Origin: Candidatus Moraniibacteriota bacterium
GTDB taxonomy: Bacteria; Patescibacteriota; Minisyncoccia; Moranbacterales; DUUL01
Assembly (NCBI GenBank): GCA_041596615.1
Contig: JBFHIG010000001.1
Location: 77,382 to 141,381 of the forward strand
Direction of reading: 5' to 3'
Length of the DNA stretch: 64,000 nt
Program-made: the position numbers and the translations under genes
The notes under the pieces: generated by a model
Told to the model about the DNA's origin: nothing
The model's input: only the letters and a program-made list of their open reading frames with translations
The model's database searches: none
Shown here: one piece after another, positions 46,311 to 56,349 of the stretch
Layout of the letters: each line of letters opens with the position of its first letter
How positions within the stretch are numbered: the first letter of the stretch is position 1

Positions 46311-47153
46311 ATGAGGGTAAATAAACCCAAGCTATCAATTGTAATCACATCATATAAAAACACTGAGTTACTTCGACTCTGTTTAGAGTCAATTCAGAAG
46401 AACATTAAAGACTTAGAGTACGAAGTGATTGTTGCAGACAGTAGTACTGAAGAAAAAACATATGATTTATTCAGAGAAGGCTTTAGAGATGTTATTTTTA
46501 TACCAAATCTAAAAAACAAAGGCTTTGGGGGTCTTGTTAATCAAGGTCTTAAAAAAGCTAAGGGCGAATTTTTGTTTATTATAAATGCTGATATAATAAT
46601 TAAAGACAGCGCTGTAAATAAACTGTTTAAGTTTATTAAGGATGATGATACGGTTGGTATTGTTGCGCCTCAATTGATTAATTTTGATAATTCGGTACAG
46701 CAATCTTGCTTCAAATTCTATTCACCATTAACAGTTTTTTACAGAAGGACCTTTCTGGGCAGGATGAAATTTGCCAAAAAACATCTAGAGAGATTTTTGA
46801 TGAAAAAGGAGCAAAAATTAAATAAACCTTTTACTGCAGATTGGGTGATGGGAAGCGCTATGATGACGAAAAGAAGCATTGTGGATTTAGTTGGTCAATA
46901 CGACAGACGATATTTTATGTACTTTGAAGACGTAGATTGGTGTAGGCGTTTTTGGGAGAAAAAATACAAGGTAGTGTACAATCCAAACATAAAAGTTTTT
47001 CATTATCACGGAAGGCAAAGTGCTAGCAAGAATGCCTTGAATTCAGTTCTGTTTAATAAGTATACCAGGGCTCATATAACAAGTGCTATCAAATATTTTG
47101 CTAAGTTTATGGGCAAAAAAAATCCACACGATGAATTTAATCAAGAAAAATAG
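46311..47153 (+). CDS. Glycosyltransferase family 2
   Basis: SIVITSY, NKGFG, DWVMGS, FMYFEDVDWC. Confidence 0.92.
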   Translation: MRVNKPKLSIVITSYKNTELLRLCLESIQKNIKDLEYEVIVADSSTEEKTYDLFREGFRDVIFIPNLKNKGFGGLVNQGLKKAKGEFLFIINADIIIKDSAVNKLFKFIKDDDTVGIVAPQLINFDNSVQQSCFKFYSPLTVFYRRTFLGRMKFAKKHLERFLMKKEQKLNKPFTADWVMGSAMMTKRSIVDLVGQYDRRYFMYFEDVDWCRRFWEKKYKVVYNPNIKVFHYHGRQSASKNALNSVLFNKYTRAHITSAIKYFAKFMGKKNPHDEFNQEK

Positions 47154-47161
47154 CTAAAAAT

Positions 47162-48547
47162 ATGCAAGAAGAAAAGAAAGAGAACTCTGAGTCAACAGAA
47201 GTTGAAAAAAATACTGAATTTTCAAAAGAAATAAAAACAGAAAAAGATGTTTTGCCCAACAACTCGGATGGAAATACTTTGAGTTCAATTCATAAAATTT
47301 CAACAAAAAAGAATTATTTTGGGACAGTTCTTTTGATAGTAATTATTTTTTTGGTTGGCTTTCTTTCTGGTAGTAAATTTTCAAAAGGAGACACAATATC
47401 GAATAAAATTTCAACTATTATAAATCCCTCAACAAAATCAAATATTTTTTTAGGAAATGATGAATTGATTCCTGAAAATGATGATTTTAATATTTTTTGG
47501 GAAGCTTGGAGGCAGATGGATGACAAATTCGTAGATGTTGAAAAGTTAGACAAGCAAAAAAGAATATACGGTGCAATTAAGGGCATGGTATCGGCAGCAG
47601 GCGATCCATATTCTTCGTATATGGATCCGCAAGAGGCTAAGGATTTTAACACTGATATGATAGGTAGTTTCGAAGGCATTGGCGCTGAATTAGGAATGAA
47701 GAATGGTATGTTGACGGTGATTGCTCCTTTGGAAGGCACGCCGGCAGAAAGAGCTGATTTACGTGCTGGTGACATAATAGTGAAAATTTTTGATGAAGTT
47801 ACTCTTGATATGACCGTTGATGATGCGGTAAAAAGAATTCGTGGAGAGAAAGGGACCGTTGTTAAGCTTACCGTTGCCAGGAGCGAGACAGGAGAGACTA
47901 TCGAAATTGAGATTACCAGAGGAATAATTGAACTGGAGAGCGTCAAATATGAAAAGAAAGAAGGAAATATCGGATATATAAAAGTTTCTAAATTTCTTGA
48001 GAATACAGGAGAAAAATTTGATAAAGCAATTAGTACTGCGATAATTGATGAAGTTGAAGGGTTGGTTATTGATGTAAGGAATAACCCTGGGGGCTTCTTG
48101 AATGTTGCAGTTGATATGGCTTCAACATTTGTCACAAAAGGTGAAGTTGTGGTTTGGGAGGAAGAAAGGAATGATGACAAAACTCCTTTTAGGGCTTTGG
48201 GCAAAGAAGATAAACTGCTAGATATGCCAGTTATTGTGCTTATGAACGGGGGAAGCGCTAGCGCTTCAGAAATTCTTGCTGGGGCACTGAGGGATATCAG
48301 AGGAATTAAATTGGTAGGTGAGAAAAGCTTTGGAAAAGGCTCAGTTCAACAAGTTGTGGAACTGAGTGATAAGTCAAATTTAAAAGTCACAATCGCAAAA
48401 TGGTTAACGCCAAAAGGAACTTCTATTCATGAGCTTGGTCTTGAACCAGATGTTGAAGTCAAGATGACAAATGAGGATTATGAAAACAAGAAAGATCCTC
48501 AACTAGAAAGAGGATTGGAGGAATTGAAAAAAGAGATTACGAAATAA
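47162..48547 (+). CDS. ctpA: S41 carboxy-terminal processing protease (PDZ)
   Basis: DPYS, FEGIG, DVRNNPGG, SASASEI, SFGKGSVQ. Confidence 0.93.
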   Translation: MQEEKKENSESTEVEKNTEFSKEIKTEKDVLPNNSDGNTLSSIHKISTKKNYFGTVLLIVIIFLVGFLSGSKFSKGDTISNKISTIINPSTKSNIFLGNDELIPENDDFNIFWEAWRQMDDKFVDVEKLDKQKRIYGAIKGMVSAAGDPYSSYMDPQEAKDFNTDMIGSFEGIGAELGMKNGMLTVIAPLEGTPAERADLRAGDIIVKIFDEVTLDMTVDDAVKRIRGEKGTVVKLTVARSETGETIEIEITRGIIELESVKYEKKEGNIGYIKVSKFLENTGEKFDKAISTAIIDEVEGLVIDVRNNPGGFLNVAVDMASTFVTKGEVVVWEEERNDDKTPFRALGKEDKLLDMPVIVLMNGGSASASEILAGALRDIRGIKLVGEKSFGKGSVQQVVELSDKSNLKVTIAKWLTPKGTSIHELGLEPDVEVKMTNEDYENKKDPQLERGLEELKKEITK

Positions 48548-48551
48548 ACTG

Positions 48552-49577
48552 ATGAAGAAAAAGATTGTGACAATAGGCGGAGGCACAGGAAGTTTTGTTT
48601 TGTTATCAGGATTGAGAGATTTTGACTTTGATATCAGCGCAATTGTTTCCATGGCCGACGATGGGGGTTCAACGGGTCGTTTGCGAGATGAATTGGGCGT
48701 TTTGCCACCAGGAGATGTAAGGCAATGTCTTGTTGCTCTAAGTGAGCAGCCCCTTATTTGGAGAGACTTGTTTAATTATCGGTTTGAGGCTGGAGAATTA
48801 AAGGGTCATGCTGTCGGCAATCTTTTTCTTTCTGGCTTGGAAAAGATGAAGGGTGATTTCTCCGAAGGACTCGATGTGGCAATGAAAGCGTTGAATGTTA
48901 AGGGAAAGGTTATCCCAGTAACAAGAAGCAATGTTAATCTACAACTTAAGCTTAAAGATGGGAGTATAATTTCAGGAGAGGCTGAGATAAATAAAAACAA
49001 CAACATAGAGTCGGTGGGTTTGAAAAAAATATGCCTAAAACCTTTTGCTAGAGCAAATCAGAAAGCAATAACAGCAATAATGCAAGCAGACGTAGTTGTT
49101 ATTGGGCCAGGAAATCATTATTGTAGCATCATCCCTAACTTGTTAGTAAGCGGAATTTCCAAGGCACTACTTGAAACAAAAGCAAGGATTGTTTATGTTG
49201 CAAACTTAGTTAATAAAAAGGGACATACGGAAGAGTTTTCGCTAGAAGATTATATAAATTCAATAAATGAATTTATTGGCAAAGAGCGGGTAGATTATGT
49301 TATTTTTAACACACAAAAACCAACACCTTTGCTGCAAAGGAAATATGAAAAAAGAGGGGAAGGTATTTTACAATTTAAAAAACCTTCCAACGAGAAAAAA
49401 CGAAGACACAAAATCATAACGTCACATTTGTTGGGCAAAGAGCAAGAATATAGCAAAGCAGATAAAATCTCCCACGTAAGATCATTAATTAGACATGACC
49501 ATAAGAAGCTGGCAAGAGTAGTAGAATACATAGTCAATCTTACTGATTATAAAGATATTATAAAAAAAGTTATATAA
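48552..49577 (+). CDS. yvcK: YvcK/CofD-like UDP-GlcNAc-binding protein
   Basis: IGGGTG, ADDGGSTGRLR, PPGDVR, GHAVGNL, RHD. Confidence 0.92.
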   Translation: MKKKIVTIGGGTGSFVLLSGLRDFDFDISAIVSMADDGGSTGRLRDELGVLPPGDVRQCLVALSEQPLIWRDLFNYRFEAGELKGHAVGNLFLSGLEKMKGDFSEGLDVAMKALNVKGKVIPVTRSNVNLQLKLKDGSIISGEAEINKNNNIESVGLKKICLKPFARANQKAITAIMQADVVVIGPGNHYCSIIPNLLVSGISKALLETKARIVYVANLVNKKGHTEEFSLEDYINSINEFIGKERVDYVIFNTQKPTPLLQRKYEKRGEGILQFKKPSNEKKRRHKIITSHLLGKEQEYSKADKISHVRSLIRHDHKKLARVVEYIVNLTDYKDIIKKVI

Positions 49578-49668
49578 TGAAAAGCCAATCAACATTGACG
49601 GAAAAGTTTTTTTCGTTTATGCTGAATTTTGTAGTTTAAGTTTTGTAGTATTATTGAAAAACAACAAT

Positions 49669-49741
49669 GCACCATTAGCTCAGTTGGTAGAGCAGTCGCC
49701 TCTTAAGCGAACGGTCGCAGGTTCAAATCCTGCATGGTGTA
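49669..49741 (+). tRNA. tRNA-Lys(CTT)
   Basis: Cloverleaf; TCGC-CTCTTAA-GCGA. Confidence 0.94.
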
Positions 49742-49772
49742 CAATATTCACAATCTTGTGGGATTATTATAT

Positions 49773-49849
49773 GCGCCCGTAGCTCAATTGGATAGAGTAT
49801 TTGACTTCGGATCAAAGGGTTGCAGGTTCGAGTCCTGCCGGGCGCACCA
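49773..49849 (+). tRNA. tRNA-Arg(TCG) with encoded CCA
   Basis: Cloverleaf; TTTGA-CTTCGGA-TCAAA. Confidence 0.95.
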
Positions 49850-50042
49850 GGGGTTAGTATTGCGTATTTAGTATGGAGAGTGAAAACGGTTTATTGCCGT
49901 TTTTTTGTTTTAGTGGGTGAGGATTTTTGCTAAATTCTTTAAGCAAAGGTAAAATGGAGGTGGGTCCCAGTCAGATAATGTCTAACGGGATAAATATTTA
50001 AATACATATCTAAATACCCACCCAATAAAATAAAACAAAAAC

Positions 50043-50219
50043 ATGGCAATCAGAAAAGCAGAAGAAAAAAATATCCGAAAGCTTTGCAAAATTGGCAAAC
50101 AATCAGTCGGCCTGACGCTTCCCATCGAAGATGTGCGTGAGTTGGGATGGAGAAAGAAACAGAAGCTAGTAGTGAAAAGAGTGCATGGTGGATTTATGAT
50201 TAAAGATTGGAGAGGATAA
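50043..50219 (+). CDS. AbrB/MazE-like swapped-hairpin DNA-binding protein (58 aa, below the ORF-track cutoff)
   Basis: Hand translation MAIRKAEEKNIRKLCKIGKQSVGLTLPIEDVRELGWRKKQKLVVKRVHGGFMIKDWRG; SxxxTLPxxxxxxLG pattern. Confidence 0.75.
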   Translation: MAIRKAEEKNIRKLCKIGKQSVGLTLPIEDVRELGWRKKQKLVVKRVHGGFMIKDWRG

Positions 50220-50321
50220 ATTCATGACAAGTAGAATGTTCGGAGCTTAAATCAAGAGGATTCAATTTCTAATGATTTAATTTTCAAATAAAAAACACTT
50301 TAACGCAAAATGCAACCAATG

Positions 50322-50375
50322 AATCGGGCTACCCGCCTGAACCAGTACGGGCAAGCAAGCCCGCTCCAGCGCGAA
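50322..50375 (+). mobile_element. Family A REP-like hairpin carrying the 24-bp mini-element (50332-50355)
   Basis: AATCGGGCTA[CCCGCCTGAACCAGTACGGGCAAG]CAAGCCCGCTCCAGCGCGAA. Confidence 0.7.
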
Positions 50376-50502
50376 AAACCGCCATATGTCTGTACACATT
50401 GCAAATCCGTCTTGACACAGCAACAAATATGTTTTAATCTTCTATGTTAACCAAGTAGTACATATTAAGGGACGTAAGTCCACCAACACAAGGAGTTATA
50501 TT

Positions 50503-50760
50503 ATGTCAAAAGCACAAGTAATCCTTAAAAAAGGTGACCGTTTTTCTTTTTTACAGGAAAACAGCGAAAAAAGAGGAACAGGTATTTTTCTGGGAAATGG
50601 AAAAGCTCTCTTGGTGAAGGGAGATGACGCATTGACTGGCTGGAGCTTTGAAAGAACTTCTATTATTCCTGGTGATTTGTTGCCGATCGAAGATGATAAG
50701 AGTTTGCATTATGATATCAAACTCATCCTGAAAGCCGTGTCATACGTCATTTCTGATTGA
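50503..50760 (+). CDS. Small hypothetical protein
   Basis: Promoter TTGACA-17-TAATCT (50412-50440), AAGGAG RBS, downstream terminator. Confidence 0.65.
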   Translation: MSKAQVILKKGDRFSFLQENSEKRGTGIFLGNGKALLVKGDDALTGWSFERTSIIPGDLLPIEDDKSLHYDIKLILKAVSYVISD

Positions 50761-50784
50761 CGACATTTTGGGGCAGGAATTATG

Positions 50785-50821
50785 AGTAGGGGTTGTTTAT
50801 TAGTACAACCCCTACTTTTTT
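50785..50821 (+). terminator. Intrinsic terminator
   Basis: AGTAGGGGTTGT...ACAACCCCTACTTTTTT. Confidence 0.8.
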
Positions 50822-50932
50822 GTTGGATTAAAATCAAAATCTCTTTTGAAAAACATTATTTTTTGAACTTGCTAGTTTTTGAAAAGCAAAGATGCTACAA
50901 TTAAGTTAATGTAATAAAATAAATTTAAAAAT

Positions 50933-51940
50933 ATGAAAGTTTTATTTTTTGAAGCACAGGAAGAATTTCAGGATTTTATCCAAGATAGATTGGCGGGACA
51001 TGAAATTAGTTTCCACAAAGAATTAGCCAATGAAGCGCAAGTCAGTGAAAATGACTATGCAAACGCAGAAGCTATTAGCGTTTTTATATATTCCAAAATA
51101 TCCAAAGATGTTTTGGATAAATTTCATAACCTAAAACTGATAGCCACTCGTTCAACTGGCTTTGATCATATTGATATGGAAGAATGCAAAAGACGCGGGA
51201 TAAGAGTTGCAAACGTACCTTTTTACGGAGAGAATACAGTTGCTGAGCATACTTTTGCCCTGATTCTATCATTATCAAGACATGTACATAAATCCTATCT
51301 AAGAAGTAAAAGAAATAATTTCTCAATTGTGGGTTTGCAGGGATTCGATCTTCGAGGAAAGACCTTGGGGGTTATTGGAGTGGGACACATTGGGAAGCAT
51401 ATTATTAAAATTGCTAAAGGTTTCGGAATGAACGTGATTGCTTATGATAAATATCGAGACGAAATCTTGTCTGAAGTTTTGAATTTTAAGTACACAAACG
51501 ACTTGAATGATGTATTAACGGCTTCAGACATCGTTTCTTTGAGCGTTCCTCTTAACGATGCTACTTTTCATCTGATAGGAAGTGAAGAATTCAAAAAAAT
51601 GAAAGACTCAGCAATCTTGATCAACACTAGTAGGGGGGGATTGGTAGACACAGAGGCTCTATACGAGGCCCTGAGCAGTGGTAAAATCGCTGGAGCGGGC
51701 TTAGATGTAATTGAAGGAGAAGAGTCGATTCAGGAAGAGAGGGAGCTCTTGTCATCAGAAAAAAACACGGAGAGATTAAGGGAAGTTTTCCGAGATAAAG
51801 CAATTTTTGAAATGGAAAATGTTGTATTCACACCGCACAATGCTTTCAACAGTAGAGAAGCAATAGAAAGAATCTATGACACAACAATTGAAAATATAAA
51901 TAGATTTGGAAAAGGAGAGGAAACGAATGTTGTTTCTTGA
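50933..51940 (+). CDS. D-2-hydroxyacid (D-lactate-like) dehydrogenase
   Basis: RSTGFDHID, VAEH, GVIGVGHIG, INTSRG, LDV.EGE, TPHNAF. Confidence 0.92.
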   Translation: MKVLFFEAQEEFQDFIQDRLAGHEISFHKELANEAQVSENDYANAEAISVFIYSKISKDVLDKFHNLKLIATRSTGFDHIDMEECKRRGIRVANVPFYGENTVAEHTFALILSLSRHVHKSYLRSKRNNFSIVGLQGFDLRGKTLGVIGVGHIGKHIIKIAKGFGMNVIAYDKYRDEILSEVLNFKYTNDLNDVLTASDIVSLSVPLNDATFHLIGSEEFKKMKDSAILINTSRGGLVDTEALYEALSSGKIAGAGLDVIEGEESIQEERELLSSEKNTERLREVFRDKAIFEMENVVFTPHNAFNSREAIERIYDTTIENINRFGKGEETNVVS

Positions 51941-52107
51941 CATGCACCCAGCTTATTTAGATAGAATGGTCATAAAAATTGGTATTTTTGTCAAAATACC
52001 TTTTGTAGGGCATTTTTATCAGTTACTAAAATAAACTCTTGTCAATTTTACTATTTATGATACAATGTTCTTTGTAGCAAACAGTTTGTTTGTTAATTGA
52101 AGATCAT

Positions 52108-52179
52108 GGCGACTATAGTTCAATGGTAGAACGACGGTTTGTGGTACCGCTAATGAGGGTTCAATTCCCTCTAGTCGCC
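52108..52179 (+). tRNA. tRNA-His(GTG)
   Basis: G-1:C73; CGGT-TTGTGGT-ACCG anticodon arm. Confidence 0.94.
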
Positions 52180-52211
52180 CATAACTTAAAAGCAAAAACC
52201 AAAAAATAAAA

Positions 52212-52697
52212 ATGTCTTCAAAAAAAACAAAAGAGATTTTGCCACTAAATTTTTTTATTGTAGTAGGAACAATCTTCTTTTTTTTGTTTTTTATTACAAC
52301 AACACTTAGCATCAGGCAAATAAAAAACAAGAATTTTGAGGCAAAAATAGTTAAAAAAGATCAAAAAGCGGAAGGAGTGGGGCTATTAAAAATGGCAACT
52401 CCCAAGGAGGCAAAAGATCAAAAAAAAGAGGGCCAAGAAATTAAAGGCTTTTTATTGGCAATTTCTCCCGAGGAAATTATTTTGGAGGCTTGTGAGTCGG
52501 AAAAAATAAAAGGTGATAGAATTTTGGCCTTTGCTCTTGATTTAAAAACGTTATTTATCTTAGACAATAAAACAAAAGAAAGTGCCGATGATGTTACTGG
52601 TGCTTTGGAAGATTTAGAAATTGGACAGATGATCTCTGTAAGAGAAACAAAAGAAGAAATTGGACGCAAAGCAAAAACAGTCCGGATATTTCAATAA
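52212..52697 (+). CDS. Membrane-anchored hypothetical protein (possible OB/DUF5666-like domain)
   Basis: N-terminal TM; LEDLEIGQMISV...AKTVRI pattern. Confidence 0.6.
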   Translation: MSSKKTKEILPLNFFIVVGTIFFFLFFITTTLSIRQIKNKNFEAKIVKKDQKAEGVGLLKMATPKEAKDQKKEGQEIKGFLLAISPEEIILEACESEKIKGDRILAFALDLKTLFILDNKTKESADDVTGALEDLEIGQMISVRETKEEIGRKAKTVRIFQ

Positions 52698-52715
52698 AAA
52701 TAAAAAGGAATATAC

Positions 52716-52748
52716 AAAAAAACAAGGTTGTTGATACCTTGCTTTTTT
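52716..52748. terminator. Bidirectional terminator
   Basis: AAAAAAACAAGGT...ACCTTGCTTTTTT. Confidence 0.6.
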
Positions 52749-52771
52749 ACTCCAAAGTATTTACAGAATGC

Positions 52772-53623
52772 TTATTTTTCCAGCTTAGAGTTTAAATATT
52801 CTATAGCACCCTGCAATCCACCTAAATCTCCCAATTTTGCAACATTCAATTCTGGAATTTGAGGATATATTGTAAGTTTTTCTTTGAAAAGTCCTCGAAG
52901 TTTCTCGATGGAAATTTTATTCATTAAGGATCCACCCAGGATGATCATATCGGGAGACCAGTGAACCGCAGAATTTGCTAATCCAATTGCTAAAAAATCT
53001 GTGATATTGTCCCAGAATTCCACATCATCAATCGCTTCTGGCAACTCTCCAGTTCTTTGTTTGATATAACTTCCTCCAATTAGGTCCTCTAGTCTTCCTG
53101 GCTTTTTACATCCAGGACAAAGTGTTTGTGTAGGGTCAATGATCTGATTGCCTGGTTCAAAGCCAAATTTATTTGGTGCAATTCTGCCATAAGTGAGAAG
53201 GGATCCTCCAACGCCTGTGCTAATTGTGTAATAAGCAATTAGTTTTTCTTTATAGTCTTCGATTTTAGAGGCTTCAGCAAGCCCAATGATTGATGCATCA
53301 TTTTCCATAAAAACAGTTGATTGGAGCTTATTTTTGAGCTCACTAGACAAAGACCTTCCAGCCCAACCAGAAAGAGACTTGTCAACGTTTTGATAGGAAA
53401 TTGCCACACCAGTTTTTTCATTATCCAAAGGAGCTCCAATCCCGCCACCAATTGCTGTTATTTCCTCTCCATTTAAGAGCCTGTTACTAGCAGAAATAAT
53501 CATTTCTACGCCCCTTTCAAAATCTTCAGGAGTAGTAAAAATTTCATACTTTAAAACAGTTTTTTTATCTTTTGAAATAGCTACTCTAGTTTTTGTTCCA
53601 CCAATATCAAATAATAGGTACAT
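52772..53623 (-). CDS. ROK family sugar kinase (glucokinase-like)
   Basis: DIGGTK, ENDA, TISTGVGG, EPG, IILGG. Confidence 0.9.
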   Translation of the reverse strand: MYLLFDIGGTKTRVAISKDKKTVLKYEIFTTPEDFERGVEMIISASNRLLNGEEITAIGGGIGAPLDNEKTGVAISYQNVDKSLSGWAGRSLSSELKNKLQSTVFMENDASIIGLAEASKIEDYKEKLIAYYTISTGVGGSLLTYGRIAPNKFGFEPGNQIIDPTQTLCPGCKKPGRLEDLIGGSYIKQRTGELPEAIDDVEFWDNITDFLAIGLANSAVHWSPDMIILGGSLMNKISIEKLRGLFKEKLTIYPQIPELNVAKLGDLGGLQGAIEYLNSKLEK

Positions 53624-53649
53624 ATTTTAGATTTTAAGCATTAAATAAC

Positions 53650-55071
53650 TTACATATTGTGACTTTTTTTATAATCATTCCATTGGCGAACCGACCAGTT
53701 GTCCGGTTTTATTTTTAGAAGCTCAGTCTCGTGGTACTTGGCTGGATTATCATAAATACTATCGAACGTATCTTCAAATAATAATTTGCCATCTGCGCTT
53801 GTCACTATTTGTTTGAGTTTAACTTTCAAAATTCCCTCCGAAGTTCTCTCGGTGACTGTTGGGCCTTCCATTTCTACTTTTCTGCCATCGGATTCTCCGA
53901 AGAAATCAAAGACCAGTTTATTTCCTTCAATGGAAGATTGAAAGAGGATATAATTAGGGGTGTTGTTAATAAATCTCAAATCAGGCTTTGGAAGATATAT
54001 TGTAGCATCAGTTCCTTGCGGACTATAGTATTCAACGGGGTAGGAATGATTTTGCCGCTCAGTTATTTTTAAACCAGCGTTTAGAGCGGCCCTGAAAACT
54101 GTTGTGGACACTTGACATACACCGCCACCATATTCCGGAATCGTCTTGTTGTCTCTAATTACAAGCTCTTCTTTATAGCCGGTTTCTTTTTCAACTGGAC
54201 CTAAAATTGTTACAAAAGAAAATTCTTCACCAGGTCCTAATAAAATCCCATTGAATTTATCAGTTGCAATGTTAATATTGAAAATTCTATTTTTTGGTGA
54301 ACCGGCAAAATTTGATTCACCATGACCAATTTGTTCGCTTATTTCTAAATTATCGAGGGTTTCTTTGGAAATCTTTGGTTTTTCTTCTTTTATTGGCAAT
54401 TGGAAAATTTTCCCTTTTTCTGGATTTTGTAATATCGTCAAAATGAGATTGTTGGTCTCATTTTCATCAAGCGAAAAGCCAGATTCTGCCGGAGCAACAA
54501 TTGTTAGTTTTCCTTTGGGTTCAGTAATTGCTTTCTCATTAATAAGTGTTTCTGTGGCGTCTATGTTTTTTTCAAACTCCATTTTTATCTTAGCATTTTT
54601 TGGTGCAGAAACTATTTCCTCGCTTAGATTTGAAACAAAATCAGTGACCTTATTTTTGTTTATTTTCAAAACAGCACCCTTTTTGAAATGCCCAATAGAT
54701 TTTGTTGCGCTGGTCAAATTGCAAACAGAAAGGTAATTATCGACGGGGGATTGTCCCGTATAAGAAGATAGAAAATTGTAGTCCTGACAAAGGTCGCTGC
54801 TTTCTATTTCGGAAGAATATTCCTCTTCCAGTGAAAAGCGTACTTTCCAGTTAGAAAAATCTACCGGTTTAAAAGGGAATTTCTCGTCTTGAAATTGTAA
54901 AACAAATTCTGTTTCCAAATATTCTTGCAAGCGTGAATTATCTGTGAACAACAACTCATCATTTGTTGTCATGGCAGTATTTAGGGGTTGATTTGAATAT
55001 CCAAAAACACTTACCAAAGGAAGGGCAAGAAGGAGTGTCATTAAAAATATTCTGTTTATGCTGAAATTCAT
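53650..55071 (-). CDS. VanW family exported protein
   Basis: RIFNI, PGEEFSF, YGGGVCQVSTTVFRAA, HSY..YY..GTDATI, DLRFIN. Confidence 0.92.
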   Translation of the reverse strand: MNFSINRIFLMTLLLALPLVSVFGYSNQPLNTAMTTNDELLFTDNSRLQEYLETEFVLQFQDEKFPFKPVDFSNWKVRFSLEEEYSSEIESSDLCQDYNFLSSYTGQSPVDNYLSVCNLTSATKSIGHFKKGAVLKINKNKVTDFVSNLSEEIVSAPKNAKIKMEFEKNIDATETLINEKAITEPKGKLTIVAPAESGFSLDENETNNLILTILQNPEKGKIFQLPIKEEKPKISKETLDNLEISEQIGHGESNFAGSPKNRIFNINIATDKFNGILLGPGEEFSFVTILGPVEKETGYKEELVIRDNKTIPEYGGGVCQVSTTVFRAALNAGLKITERQNHSYPVEYYSPQGTDATIYLPKPDLRFINNTPNYILFQSSIEGNKLVFDFFGESDGRKVEMEGPTVTERTSEGILKVKLKQIVTSADGKLLFEDTFDSIYDNPAKYHETELLKIKPDNWSVRQWNDYKKSHNM

Positions 55072-55149
55072 ATATCTAGAATAAACTAAAATAGATATTT
55101 CTCAAGTCTAAGATTGGCAAAAATATTGCACCATAATAAATTGGGAGAT

Positions 55150-55174
55150 AAAAGCCAGCTTGTGGCTGGCTTTT
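55150..55174. terminator. Intrinsic terminator after hsp20
   Basis: AAAAGCCAGCTTGTGGCTGGCTTTT. Confidence 0.7.
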
Positions 55175-55200
55175 AATATAAAAAGTTTAAAATCAGTTCT

Positions 55201-55791
55201 CTAGAAGCCGCGGACTTGAATTTTTCTGGTTTTCGTTGTGTCAGCCTTTGGCAACTTTAGTGTTAAAATTCCATTTTTCATTGTTGCCTCTGCTTTATCA
55301 GCAACAATTTCCACAGGGAGAATTACACTTCTTGAAAATGGTCCCCAATAACATTCTTGATAGTAATAGTTATCGCCAGAAATTTCTTCATCTTGTTGTC
55401 TTTCTCCTCTGATTGTAACCATATCATTATTAATATTCACGTCAAGATTCTCTGGTTTCACCCCGGCAATTGTTGATTTAATAACAATATCATCATTGGT
55501 TTGATAAACATCAATTGTTAGTTGTCCTTCTGACTCAATTGGCTGTTCAAATTCTTGTTGTTGTGTTTGTTGCATAGGTTCTTTTTGTAAATATTGTTGT
55601 TGAATTGGTGCTGAAACTGTTTCTTCTTGTTGTTCAGGGAATTCGTACATATCTTCCTCTTGAGATTCAAATTGTGTTACGAAACCTCCCTCTGGTGACT
55701 CTTGTAATTCCAATTCCTCAAATTGATCTTCGTCCGTAATTTTTTTGATGCCAGTTAGCTTTTCAAAAAAGGATTTCTTTTGTTTTGTCAT
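55201..55791 (-). CDS. Hsp20/alpha-crystallin small heat shock protein
   Basis: IDVYQT, TIRGER, GPFSRSVILP, MKNGILTLKLPK. Confidence 0.93.
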   Translation of the reverse strand: MTKQKKSFFEKLTGIKKITDEDQFEELELQESPEGGFVTQFESQEEDMYEFPEQQEETVSAPIQQQYLQKEPMQQTQQQEFEQPIESEGQLTIDVYQTNDDIVIKSTIAGVKPENLDVNINNDMVTIRGERQQDEEISGDNYYYQECYWGPFSRSVILPVEIVADKAEATMKNGILTLKLPKADTTKTRKIQVRGF

Positions 55792-55830
55792 TTTCTACTT
55801 TTATTTTTTATAATCCTTCAAACCCTTAGG

Positions 55831-56307
55831 TTAGATAATCTTAACGATGGTAACATTATAACATATATGGATAAAAACTGACAATAGCAATAACATAAAT
55901 GCATATACGCTAAAGCGCTTCAGAAGAATTAAATTAGTTGCACTGGTTAGTATTATAGCAGATAATATATGTACAATTGTTGGGTAAAAAGCTTCTATCG
56001 GAAAACTTGTTTGTCTGAAAAAAATCAAAGAAAGCTCAAAAAAACTAAAACCCAAACCCAAAAAAATAGGGAAAATAATTAACTTTAGAATTTTTGGAAA
56101 TTCCCCCAAGGAATGTGTTGAGAAAATGAAGTAAATAAAGAAAAATTTAACAATTTCTTCTATAGAAGCCAATAGTGAGATGCTAATGACGGTTTCATTG
56201 TTGGCAAATTTCAATGGGACTAAAGTCATTAAAACCAAGGACAGAAATCCAGAGATGATGCCGAATACAAAGAAGATTAAGATCGTTTGCAATGTTTTGA
56301 TTTTCAC
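55831..56307 (-). CDS. PrsW-family intramembrane protease-like protein
   Basis: IEEIVK, GLGFSFFE, VH, IHICYN. Confidence 0.75.
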   Translation of the reverse strand: MKIKTLQTILIFFVFGIISGFLSLVLMTLVPLKFANNETVISISLLASIEEIVKFFFIYFIFSTHSLGEFPKILKLIIFPIFLGLGFSFFELSLIFFRQTSFPIEAFYPTIVHILSAIILTSATNLILLKRFSVYAFMLLLLSVFIHICYNVTIVKII

Positions 56308-56349
56308 TTTAGGTTTTGTTTTTATTTTTTTGATCAGATCCTCTATTTT

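Noticed and set aside
47314-48204. Long antisense ORFs (also 21375-21995, 6405-6875, 8067-8369, 24819-25226, 52055-52330)
   Set aside because: They lie opposite well-supported genes or tRNAs and show the Ser/Phe/Ile-rich composition of codon shadows
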